A stretch of DNA of 64,000 bases, taken from NCBI RefSeq assembly GCF_009914755.1, contig NC_060940.1, one strand, 5' to 3'. Under the pieces are notes generated by a model. That model was not told where the DNA came from. It ran no database searches and saw only the letters and a program-made list of their open reading frames with translations. The stretch is from the human T2T-CHM13v2.0 reference genome, Homo sapiens. Of the stretch, positions 1 through 34,063 are shown piece after piece. A program made the translations under genes and the position numbers. Position 1 is the stretch's first letter. Each line of letters starts with the position of its first letter.

Positions 1-292
1 TGGTTTCTAAGACGGCGACTGCCGGTTTCCCCACCGCATCCACCCCCGGTCCGGCCAGCAGGAACCAGGGGAAGGAGAGGGCATGTTTTTCCCCTCAGAA
101 TTGGGGCTCAGAAGTTACTCCCAGCACCGAGCTCACTCAACACAGCTGTCCCCTGTCCTCCCCTGCGGACTTCTGTTTGAATATATTTTATTTTATTTTT
201 TTCTAGTTAGTCTGTGCTTATCCATGAACATATTTTATTAATAATAATTAGGTAGTGTTTGAATGTTTACTGTGTATCATATGATCTTATAA

Positions 293-603
<311 letters not shown>

Positions 604-609
604 ACATTT

Positions 610-770
610 AATTATTTAATCCTTAGAACAGGCTTCTAAAGTAGATATTGTTTGTTTTACAGATAAGGAAACTGAGGCACAGTTCAGTCAAAGCACATGT
701 CCTGGTCACACAGCTAGGGAGGTGCAAGCCTGCCCGCCCAGAGCCCATCTTCACTCCGGGTACTTTGAAT
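610..770 (+). mobile_element. MIR SINE fragment
   Basis: MIR core ttttacagataaggaaactgaggcacag; boundaries and strand approximate. Confidence 0.7.
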
Positions 771-1243
771 TTTGGGTCTGTGGCCCTCCAGGGAGTCCAT
801 GTGTGCGCACCTGGGTCACCTTTTCCATCTGTGCTTGAGGCTGGTGGAAGGTGGCTCAGATATGCTCAGAGGCTGAGTAGGTGGGGCTTAGTTAACACTG
901 CCCTGGAGCTCATTGAGCATTTCCTGGGTTCGGCAGGCAGGAAGCACCAGCGTGTTCTGGATGAAAATAGTTCCTGCCTGCTGGCTCTCCACAGCTAACT
1001 CGCCTTTCCACACTAATTAGAGACCTTCTTAAGTATAATCTGTTAAGACTGACACCCTAAACATTTATTTAGCTTTTATTTCCTGGGCTGGTGGCCCATA
1101 GTTAGAGCTGCAGCCAGTCCCCAAGAAGCCGACGCCAGCAGACCCCTCTGTGCTGCAGCTTTGTGCCGTGGGACTGCTGGCCTCGCCGACCTCTTGCTTT
1201 ATCGACACAGTGACCAGGAGTTAAACTTTGGGATGTGCCCGTG

Positions 1244-11852
<10,609 letters not shown>

Positions 11853-12898
11853 AGGCACGCCAGCCAGAGCCTGTGGAGAGACTCCGCCTGCTGACACTAA
11901 ACGTCCTGGGAAGTGGGCCCTTCCCTGGGTCTCTGCACTGACTCCCCCACTCCTGACCCTGGTGATGGTCGCCACTGGGCAGCAGCAGCCTTACCAGTCC
12001 TCCATGATCACACCCAGGGACCTGCATGGGTGAGGGGACACCCTGGGCCTCTCTCCCGCCCAGCATCCTCCCTGAGTCCCCACACAGGGCCTCACTCTGC
12101 ACCCCACCAGGGTCCCGCTCACACCAGGCAGCCTTCATAGTGGTCTCCCTGGCCACCTTGGGCAGAGCTGGGTCATGCAGCACCCCATCCTTACCCGGTG
12201 CCCTCTCCTTGCCAGCTTCTCCCCAGGCCAGAGCGGCCATCGCGTAGAAAGAACCAGGGTGTCCCCGGGACAGGCCGTCCCCCACCCCATCCTGTAGAAG
12301 TCCATTCCCCTTTTCCCTCCTGTGCTCTGTCCCCCAAGGAGTCATGGAACTCAGGGTACTGGGCCTCAACGGGAACCTGAGACAGCTCCAGCTTCGCAGC
12401 CCTTCCCGGAGCTACAGGGGGATCCTCTAGCATGGGGGGTGTGACTTGGTTCCTTTGACCAGGTCCTGTGAGGAAGCCTGGAGCAAGGGTCTCCCCCAGC
12501 AGGATGGGTGGGGCCTGCTCTGGAGCTGAGCCCGTGGCCGCTCACAGGTGTCCTTAGTGGTGTTGCAGCTGTCTACTGGCTGCATGTGCTGTGAATATCC
12601 CAAGGAACTGGCTGTGGAATGCGTGTTTGGGTCAGTCTGTGCCCTCTCAGTAGACACTGGAGCTGCTCTGTCCCTGAAGAGGCCCCGTGCCCCAGGCATG
12701 GCAAGCGCCTGCCTCTCCCCTTCCGGTGCTCACACGCCCACGCCGTGCCACCCGATGCAGGACTCACCTCTGTGCCTTGCTGCTCCTGAGGCCCAAGGGC
12801 AGCCATGGTGCTCTGTACTGCTCGGGCCGCCCAGGTCACAGAGCCTGAGCTTCGTAGCCAAAGCAGCCTGATGACCCACCCACCAAGGAAGAAAGCAG

Positions 12899-12904
12899 AA
12901 TAAA
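12899..12904 (+). terminator. FAM234A: FAM234A poly(A) signal AATAAA
   Basis: AATAAA ~1.05 kb after the stop, followed by GT-rich sequence (gcgtgtgtgcgtctgcctgtctgtct). Confidence 0.85.
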
Positions 12905-14244
12905 CATTTTTGCACTGCCTGAAAAACCCCGGTGGTCAGGCGTGAGCCTAGCGTGTGTGCGTCTGCCTGTCTGTCTGCTCCCTAAGTAGTCAAATGGATT
13001 TGTTCCTGGAGGAGTGACCAGGAATTTGCTGGCCAGCCTGGGTCAGGGTGGGGAGGGCTGCCGAGGAGGCGAGCACCCCCACCCAGACCTGCTCAGTCAG
13101 AAACTGGGCACCCAGCAATCTTGACATCCTCTGGGGGTCTCCGGTTTGAGGACCCCTGCCCACCAAGCTGGGCACCCTGGCCCCATGCAAGCGGGTGTGC
13201 TCCCACCTGGAACAGACGGTGGCCTCGGCACCGCGTGACGTCTGAGGGCTGGCTGGAGTCCAGCGTGAAGGGATGATGGTAGGGCCGGGGTGAGCTCTGG
13301 TGACCCTGCAGGCAAGAGGAGCCCAGGCAGGGGCTTCCCGGAGATGCAGCTTTGGGTGTGGCGGCAGTGAGGGGCAGGCAGGTGCTTTAGAGAGCCCTGC
13401 AGGACTGTCCCACGGCCATGTATGCAAGTGTGAAAAGCCCCGCTTCAGAGCCACACAGGTGTAACCTTGTTCCCATTGCTCCTTCCAAGGCGTGGTAGGG
13501 GGACGTGGGGGATGAGGTTGAACAGGTGGGTGCCCTCGTGCCAGGAAGCGGTTCTCTTGTCCCTGAGAAAAGTAACTCAGCCCAGAAGGCCTTGGGTATG
13601 AAAGGGCCATATAGGGCTCTGCGGACGCGTCCTATAAGTGAGAACCGCCAGGCGGGCAGGGTGGGGCTGGAGGGAGAAGGGAAGGTTCACTGGGGTTGCA
13701 AGAGCTGCCCCCTGACAGCATGGGAGGGAGTGCAGGGGGTCCCCAAAGGGAGGGGTCACCCTGCAGGTCAGAGGAGCAGCTGTGCCCCTGGCCATGGAGG
13801 GGTGGGCAGGGCCATGAGCCCCACCCTGAGAAGCCGGAGTTGAGGGGCTGGGCCAAGGGGTGCCATTGCTGGTGGGCAGAAGTTTCCCTCCCTGCAGGAA
13901 CAGCCTGCACCCCCAGACTGTGAAGAAGGGATTCTTGCCCTGTGGTCACTGCGGGCCCTAGAGAGTCTGGGCCATGCCATGCCATGCCCTCTGCAGCTCT
14001 GTGGCCTTAGGGCAGGCTGGGGACAACTGCCCCTCCCCAGAGGCTTCCTTAACAGTTTCCTCACTGTTCCCCCTCTGGAGGGCAGGCGTCCCCACACACT
14101 ACCCTGCTCACCCTAGCCCACCAGAGCACAGTGCCCTGGCTGTCTCCTCCCAAAGACCAGATGCCCCAAGTCTGCTGCCTGGGTCTGAGAGGGTCAAGTC
14201 CCTCCTCCACCATCGACTCCACACACCTGGGACCTGCCCCCTCC

Positions 14245-15115
14245 CTCACCACACACTGCACACATCACATGCACAATACATTCACACATATGTACTATAC
14301 ATGTGCACACCTCATACATGCAATGTGCACCACACATGCATCCTACACGACACGTGCACACACACCACACATGCATGCCTCACAGTACACCTGCACACGT
14401 GCACTACACACAATCACACGTGCTATGCGTACACACCACACGTGTGCCTCAGTGCTACACATGCCTCATACGACACGTGCACACACATATGCATGCCTCA
14501 CAGTACACCTGCACACGTGCACTACACACAATCACACGTGCTATGCGTACACACCACACGTGTGCCTCAGTGCTACACATGCCTCATACACACAACACGT
14601 GCACACACCACACATGCCTCACAGTACACCACACGTGCACTACACACAATCACACATGCTATGCGTACACACCACACGTGTGCCTCAGTGCTACACATGC
14701 ATCCTACACGACACATGCACATACCACACATGCATGCCTCACAGTACACCTGCACACGTGCACTACACACAATCACACATGCTATGCGTACACACCACAC
14801 GTGTGCCTCAGTGCTACACATGCCTCATACACACGCACACACACCACATATGCATGCCTCACAGTACACCTGCACACGGGCGCTACACACAATCACACAT
14901 GCTATGCGTACACACACTTGTGCCTCAGTGCTACACATGCCTCATACACACGACACGTGCACACACACACCACATATGCATGCCTCAGTACACCTGCACA
15001 CGTGCACTACACACAATCACACACGCTATACATACACACCACACGTGTGCCTCAGTGCTACACATGCCTCATACGCACACACACCCATGCATGTGTCACA
15101 TGCACCGTCACACCA
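14245..15115. repeat. CA-rich minisatellite, ~120-bp unit x ~6
   Basis: Marker caatcacac recurs at 14411, 14529, 14647, 14770, 14890, 15014. Confidence 0.92.
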
Positions 15116-15164
15116 TAAGCTGCACCCACAGCAGGATGGGCTCAGAGCCAGGGCCCAAGGGTCT

Positions 15165-15170
15165 TTTATT
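15165..15170 (-). terminator. RGS11: RGS11 poly(A) signal AATAAA
   Basis: TTTATT on + strand ~930 bp past the RGS11 stop, followed on the - strand by a long GT-rich repeat. Confidence 0.8.
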
Positions 15171-16098
15171 TGTGTGCTGGACGCTGTTGGGAGTGACTGG
15201 ATGTGAGCCAGCCCTATGGGTGGGGATGGCACCGCCCTACCGCCGAGAGAGTTGAAGCTGCACCCCCGAAAGGAGCCAGCTGTACCTTCACCCAGTCTGG
15301 GGGACTGGTGAGGCACTTGGGGGATGGGGAGCAAGGCCAGCTCACGAAGGAAGACTTGGGCAGGGAGGATCAGGGACGCCTGGCAAGGATCCACCCTATG
15401 GAATCGGGCCTCGTCAGTGGGGTGACAATGTCAGAGTTGTCTATAAATCGGGGGGGAGGCCGCGGCCTCGAGGTGGGAAAGCAGGTGCCGGCGCACCTGT
15501 GGACAAATTCTGGAACGCGTTTGGCGAGGGAGGAATAGGCGCAGCTCCGGAAGGCAGTGACCTCGAGGCAGCCTCAGCACGGCACTCTCTTGGGTCCTCT
15601 TCCAGGCTCACACTGGGCGACAGCGGAGAGGCTCTTGGACGGGGCAGAGCTCGCGCCGAGACCTGCATGTCCGCGTCTTGTGACGGGTGTGTGGGAAGCC
15701 GCCCGCCTGTGCATCTTGCTTCCGGGTATTCGCTGGCTGATTTACTGGTTTTAGAGATGGGGATGGGCACCCAGTGCTGGACTGAAGACCAGAGAAGGTG
15801 GAGCTCCCTGTGGCCTTGGTCTCACCTCTCTTCAGGTAACAGGCTCTGCCCTGACCCAAGCTGAGCCAATGAACCCCCTCCCTGGGAATCCACACCTGGA
15901 CCCATTCCTTCTGGGCAGGGAGGGCTTGCTGGAGGGAGGGAGGCTGTGCACCCCACAGAAGACTGGGCCCCCTGGGCACAAGGGGACACTGGTGCTGGGT
16001 TCAGCAGCCCCCAGGACCTGGGCCAAGACGGGGGTGGCTGCTGCATTCACGCAGGACGTTGAGCTGCAGGGACTAGAGTGGCAGATGGGCCAGGTCCA

Positions 16099-22743
<6,645 letters not shown>

Positions 22744-23794
22744 GGCTGCGGGGCGAGGCCGGCGGGGATGACCGAGCGTCCCGCCCGGCCCCGCCCCGCG
22801 CCGCGCCGCGCCCGGGTTAACCCTCGGGCCGCGAGGCCAGAGTCGCCCAGGCCCCGGTTCGGGTCTAAGAGACACGGCCACGGCCCAGAGGCAAACGAGC
22901 CGGCCCCCCACGAGCGACCCGAGTCACCCCCCCGACCCAGGTCCCGGGACGCTGAGGCCCTCGTGGGTGAAGGCGAAGTGGGACGGGGGAGGGTGTGGGC
23001 CGGGGACCGAGGGGGGATGTGAGGGGATGGAGCTCAGCTGGAGCAGGGGGTGGTCTCTGGGAGAGGCAGAGGGGCTCATCAGCGAGGGGGGGTTACTATG
23101 GGGAGGGTCTCAGGGAGGGCAGCGGAGGGGATGGGGGTTCAGAGAGGGAGAGGGGTTCCGTGAGTAGAGGAGACCCGTAGGGAGAGTGAACTGGGGTGGG
23201 AAACGTGGTTTAGGGCCCACTGTAACCCCGGTCCTATGTGTGGGGCCCTGAGGACATACAGGGACTAGAGGCCTGGCTGTGGGGCCGGGGCCAGGGCCAG
23301 CGGTATGACTGCCCGAGGCCTTGTGTCCTGCGATGCTTGTGGCCAAGACTGCATACATTGCTGTGACGGTGGCTGGTTAGGGGCAGGGTGCATGAGAGAT
23401 TGGGTCAGCTTTCTACATGGGCCGGATGCCGGCTGTCAGTGGAGCACGTGGCTGCTGCAGAGTGTGACCCAGCTGTCCCCATCTCCTGCTGTGGGTCCCT
23501 TATCCGGGGTCCTTCCGGGAAAGTGGCTGATGGCTCATGGCTCACTTCCCTCAGCTCCACGCAGGCCTGGGTGGCCCGCTGGGGAATGAGCAGAAACCCT
23601 GCCCAGGGCACCCTGACACTGTTGGAGAGGAGCTTTACTGCAGGGAGGCCCTCAACAGACACCCACTTAGTGTCACCGGCGGCCGCCAGGCTTCAGGCCC
23701 CACTCCACTCCCAGCTCTCTCCCTCCTCCAATGGCTATGCCTGTCCCCCAGGTGCACCCCGAGCCAGGCCCAGGATCTTCAGGCCCCACCGGGC

Positions 23795-25510
<1,716 letters not shown>

Positions 25511-25819
25511 GTCTATTTCTGCTTTCTTGGAGGCAGAGTACCTCTCCCCATCCTTACCCACTCAGAGGGTGCTAGGGGCTGGGCAGGGTGGGCGGTTGGC
25601 CTTGGGCTGGGAGCCCCTAACATAGTGGTCTGAGTCCATTTCCATTGCCGGAGAGGCCACGTTCAGCATGAGCTGGGGCAGGGGGCTTGTGGGGTCTCTT
25701 ACTCCAGGGTACCATCTCGCTTGGATCCCAGTGAGCCCTCCCATGCCCCACACCCAGGTGGGGTGAGGTGGCCCAGGTCTGGCTGCCCTGTCTGCAGGGG
25801 TGGGCACCCATGGTAGCTG

Positions 25820-26278
25820 TGAGGCAGAATAGGGAATGAGGGTAGCCAAGGGTTGGGCATAAGAAACGGAACAGCAGGTGCAGCCAGTTCTAGGCAGGAT
25901 TGGGCAGCTCACAAGCCACATCCTGGCTGCTGTGATAACAAGACAGAAATTTCCACTTCACCTCTGATTGGTCTCGGGCCAATCCTTCATAGGGTGTAGC
26001 CAATTGGAGGCCTCTAAAGGGCACAAGGGCTGTGGTCAGGTTTCTTTGCTTAATAAAAATCCTAATTACAGAGGCTCTGGAGCTACTTGCTCCAGCCCAC
26101 TCCCACTCTGTGAATTGCCTTCCGTTAAATCTGTGCTTTCCTTACTCCGTTCTTCTGACTCAGTTTTGTTTCCTTGTGTTTCGTTGTTCTTTTGTTACTT
26201 TGTGCGTTTTGTTCAATTCTTTGTTCAACCCACCAAGAACCTGGACAACTCACCTCCAAGACCTTCTATCTGGTAACA
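25820..26278 (+). mobile_element. Solo ERV LTR (ERV1-type; MER41/LTR47-like, family uncertain)
   Basis: TG...CA ends (tgaggcagaatagg ... tctggtaaca), 4-bp TSD GCTG at 25816-25819 and 26279-26282, CCAAT boxes, AATAAAA, U5-like ttctttgttcaa...ccaagaacctggaca. Confidence 0.8.
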
Positions 26279-26879
26279 GCTGCAGGAGCTGGAGCTGTGG
26301 GCCTGGGGACAAGTGTCCTAACAGCCCCCGCTCCCTGCAGCGAAGGGTCAGCAGAGGTGGCGCTCTAGGGGGGCCTGGGCACAAGTTCATAGGATCCTGC
26401 CCTGGAAAGGTTGTGGGCAGTTGGGGGGCAAGGGAGACAGTCCCCACCCAAACCCCAATGCCCCCTAGCACCCAAGGTGGTCTTCTCTCAATTGAGGAGC
26501 TCTTTGGCAAGGGCGGGTCTAATTTCTGGTGTCCCTGGAACCGGCCAGGGGTGTCTAAGAAAGGGACTCAGGCTGGTGTTCGGACCCCTTCTCCCTTATC
26601 CAGACGCAGGCCTTTGGTCCAGCTGTCCCAGCCAGGGCCTGCTCACCCCTGTCCCCTGCCGGGTCCCATCCCCCCCACCCACCCACAGGTCTCAGTTTAG
26701 GTGTCAATATCAGAAGCCCCCTCTGTGCTCCGGTCTCTGTACTCCGCCCCCTTGTCAGTGTCCTCTCCCTGAGGACAGGGGGCTCGGTAACTGGGTTTCC
26801 AAGAGCCCTGCAGGGACACCCCCTCTTGGGAACTCACACAGCGCAGCCAGGTCGCTAAGCCTTTGAGGGGCCCTTGTTG

Positions 26880-27800
26880 CCTCCTGGGTGTGCGTGCGAC
26901 CCGCGCCCACTGTGGTCCCGCCCTACTGATGACCGTGAACCTGTAGGGTGTTGGGCCAGCCCCTCACCCCAAGGCTGGGCAGGCCCCCGGAGTCCCCCTC
27001 GGCCCAGACAGAAGCTCCCTCAGGAGCGGGGGAGGGGAAGGGGGCGCGCGGTCCGGCCCCAGGTGTGGCCGCGGATAATGAGACCCTGGGGATGGGGGCG
27101 CACCTGCGCCACGGCGCCCCGCAGAGGGTTTCCCAGGAGACCCCCTCGGGCTCCCGCCGCGCCGTGGGGGTGGGGCAGCCCTGCTGGCCAGAGCCGGGCA
27201 CGGGCCGGGCGGGCGGCGGGGATCGTGACCGCGGCTGCGTGCGTCCGCGTCCGGGCGCTTCTGTGCGGGGTCCTGGCGCGCCGGCGGGGGCGACCCGGGT
27301 GCCGGCGCCGTGCGGGCGACACGCGCGTCTCTGCGGGGCTGCGCGGGGTCCGCGGAGCGGCTGGGGGCGCGCGGCGCGGGCGCGGCGCTGGGCGCGGGGG
27401 GCGCTCCCGGCCGGGATGAGCTCACCGCAGTCGCGCCGGGGCTGAGCGCCGAGCGGGGCGGCGGCGGGGCGGGCGGCGGCTCCTCGGCGGCTCCGCGGCG
27501 GCCCGGGCCGCGCGCCACCATGCTGGGCCTGGACGCGTGCGAGCTGGGGGCGCAGCTGCTGGAGCTGCTCCGGCTGGCGCTGTGCGCCCGAGGTGAGCGG
27601 GCCGGGCAGGGGCGGGGGGCTCGGCTGGTCTCAGCCCCGGGCGGGGAGTAGCCCCTCCCCCGCGGCAACTTTGGGGGCGCGCATGGGGACCTCGCGGCGC
27701 CGACCCCCCGGCTGGGGTCTGGCAGGGGTGGGGGACTTCATCCAGGCTCCAGCCCTGTGGGGAAGGGACCAGGTGCGGACGGGTCGGCTTGGGAAGCGGC
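26880..27800. promoter_or_regulatory. CpG island / ARHGDIG promoter
   Basis: Very CpG-dense region with GGGCGG boxes spanning the GCCACCATG start at 27520; boundaries approximate. Confidence 0.85.
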
Positions 27801-29689
27801 GGCGCTGGGACCCTCTCCCCCTGGACACCGCCGCCTGGAGCCCCTCTGTCTTGGGTGGGGCTGGGGCTGGGGCTCAGGCTCTGTAGGGCGTGTGGTGATC
27901 CCCGAGAAGACGGGAGCGAAGTGGGCAGGGACTCAGAAACCCCTGCCCAGGGCACCAGGGAGAGGGGCTTCAGGAGGCCACCAGCCCGGGGCGCCATGGG
28001 AGGCGGCGCAGAGCCTGAGCCCAGGGATTTGGAGACAGCCGCCCCCGGCACCCGAGCACCATGGGGAGGAACTCCTAGACTGTGGGAAAGTGTTCAGAGA
28101 CCCCAGTCCAGAGCAGGGTGGTGGAGGGCCCTAGAGGGTCAGTAGGCTTGGGGGGCCGCCGAGGGCCCTAGAGGGTCAGTAGGCTTGGGGGGCCGCCGAG
28201 GGCCCTAGAGGGTCAGTAGGTTTGGGGGCCGCCGAGGGCCCTAGAGGGTCAGTAGGTTTGGGGGCCGCCGAGGGCCGCTGCTCTCTAGCAGGTAGCCCCT
28301 GACCCTGGGCTGCCCTCATCTGAAGTCTTCGCTCCCCCGCCCTTTGGTCTCCGAGTCAGGGAGGGGGCCCTTGTGGACATCTGGGCCAGAGGAGCTGCAG
28401 GCCTGGCGGTCTCTGGAGGCCCCTCCTGAAGGTCTGGGTGCGGTGCGGCACCTCCCCAGGCCGCCCTGCTCTCTCTGCTCGCTCTCTCCCTGAGCCCCCA
28501 GAGGCTTCCCTTGAGTCCCTTTGGATAGTGGGAGGTACAGCTGGCCAGAGGGGGCTCCAGCCTGGTGCTCGAATGCCAGGGTCCGCTAGTGGCTGCTGCT
28601 CACGCCCCTCCCCACCCCCAGTCCTCCTGGCTGACAAGGAGGGTGGGCCGCCGGCAGTGGACGAGGTGTTGGATGAGGCTGTGCCCGAGTACCGGGCGCC
28701 GGGGAGGAAGAGCCTCTTGGAGATCCGGCAGCTGGACCCGGACGACAGGAGCCTGGCCAAGTACAAGCGGGTGCTGCTGGGGCCCCTGCCACCGGCCGTG
28801 GGTATGGCAGGGGTCTAGGCTTGGAGGGCTGGGTCTGGGGGGCTGGTGAGGAGCCTGGTGGGGGTGGGGGGCATCCTGCAGACTTCCAGTTTCTCCTCAG
28901 ACCCAAGCCTGCCCAATGTGCAGGTGACCAGGCTGACACTCCTGTCGGAACAGGCTCCGGGGCCCGTCGTCATGGATCTCACAGGTAACTCGCAGGATGC
29001 TGCACCCTGAACACAGGTAGGGCCCTCCCAGGCACGCTTCTGCACCCCTGAGTTCCGAGCCCTGGGCCATCACAGTCGCACACCTCATGGGTACCACACC
29101 CTACGTGGGGGCTCCTGGAGCAGGTCTCAGCCTGTAGGGGAGTTCCGACCCTAGCTGAGGTTTCCCCAATAGGGGACCTGGCTGTTCTGAAGGACCAGGT
29201 GTTTGTCCTGAAGGAAGGTGTTGATTACAGAGTGAAGATCTCCTTCAAGGTGAGAGCCGGGGCAATGGGCGGAGGGGATGGGGGTGGGGGCAACAGCCAG
29301 AGGCCTGGCCCCCAGAGGAACCCCTAATGCCTCTGTTCCCAGGTCCACAGGGAGATTGTCAGCGGCCTCAAGTGTCTGCACCACACCTACCGCCGGGGCC
29401 TGCGCGGTGAGGGCAGCGGTGGGGGGAACGGGGCGGGGGGGGAAGCGGGGGCAGACAGAGGACAGCTCTGATGCCCTCGCCCTCCCTAGTGGACAAGACC
29501 GTCTACATGGTGGGCAGCTATGGCCCGAGCGCCCAGGAGTATGAGTTTGTGACTCCGGTGGAGGAAGCGCCGAGGGGTGCGCTGGTGCGGGGCCCCTATC
29601 TGGTGGTGTCCCTCTTCACCGACGATGACAGGACGCACCACCTGTCCTGGGAGTGGGGTCTCTGCATCTGCCAGGACTGGAAGGACTGA
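27520..29689 (+). CDS. ARHGDIG: ARHGDIG, Rho GDP-dissociation inhibitor gamma (RhoGDI3), 225 aa, 6 exons
   Basis: Exons 27520-27592, 28622-28801, 28901-28984, 29173-29249, 29343-29406, 29490-29689; sum 678 nt = 225 aa + [25 protein letters not shown]-terminal helix; [31 protein letters not shown] and FTDDD RhoGDI signatures. Confidence 0.97.
28124..28276. repeat. 36-37-bp VNTR x4 in ARHGDIG intron 1
   Basis: gagggccctagagggtcagtagg(c/t)ttggggg(g)ccgcc starts at 28124, 28161, 28198, 28234; partial at 28270. Confidence 0.93.
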
Positions 29690-29778
29690 ACCCCCAGTCC
29701 GTGTCTCCCCTACCTCCCTCAGTTGTTGCACAGGGACCCCCAAGCATCCCCAGCACCCCCCGTGAGTGACCAGACCCT

Positions 29779-29813
29779 CCCCTGCTGCCCCTGCTGCCCC
29801 TGCTGCCCCTGCT
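29779..29813. repeat. 9-bp tandem repeat (CCCCTGCTG) x~4 in ARHGDIG 3'UTR
   Basis: Direct inspection. Confidence 0.85.
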
Positions 29814-29859
29814 CTGTCCCGGGACCCCCTGGGCCTGGCGCTGTCCCCTGAGCTGTCCC

Positions 29860-29865
29860 ATTAAA
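29860..29865 (+). terminator. ARHGDIG: ARHGDIG poly(A) signal (variant ATTAAA)
   Basis: Only AATAAA/ATTAAA hexamer seen between the ARHGDIG stop and the PDIA2 ATG; GT-rich tract downstream. Confidence 0.8.
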
Positions 29866-29949
29866 CATGGCGCTGTCTCGGTGCCCTGTGTGTCGTCTCT
29901 TTCTGCCTCCCCTCCCCTGGGGGCCGGGGGCGGCCGCATGGGCCTTGTC

Positions 29950-30041
29950 TTTGCTGGGACTGGGCCTGTGTGCCACGTGGCAGCTGCTGCTTGGCTTCTG
30001 GCCCCCTTATCTGCCCCCGCCCCACGCGCCCTGGCAGCACC
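29950..30041 (+). promoter_or_regulatory. PDIA2 proximal promoter (G-box palindrome, E-box, GATA, GC box)
   Basis: TGCCACGTGGCA 29971-29982, CAGCTG 29981-29986, CTTATCT 30006-30012, CCCGCCC 30016-30022, just upstream of ATG 30042. Confidence 0.55.
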
Positions 30042-33986
<3,945 letters not shown>

Positions 33987-34063
33987 CTGCCCCCGTGTCA
34001 CCCCCGCCATCACTGCTGGACAGGAGCCACCCCCTTGGGTACCAGAGGGAGCTGTGCATTGTG

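Noticed and set aside
13974-15255. Long ORFs (410, 374, 271 aa) rich in H/T/C in all three + frames
   Set aside because: Artefact of the stop-poor CA-rich minisatellite; no splice structure or domain
26874-28051. Overlapping Arg/Pro/Gly-rich ORFs on both strands, including a GTG-started in-frame extension of ARHGDIG (27310)
   Set aside because: Expected from stop-codon scarcity in a CpG island; GCCACCATG at 27520 gives the recognised 225-aa protein. The same applies to 22017-23022
28128-28145. CTCF-like cctagaggg core in the ARHGDIG VNTR
   Set aside because: Lacks the critical GC after the G-run and mismatches the 5' CCA; too weak to claim
28124-28276. 36-46-bp direct repeats (also 39751, 61281, 63511) resembling CRISPR repeat length
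   Set aside because: Head-to-tail units without unique spacers, no cas genes, human DNA; these are minisatellites
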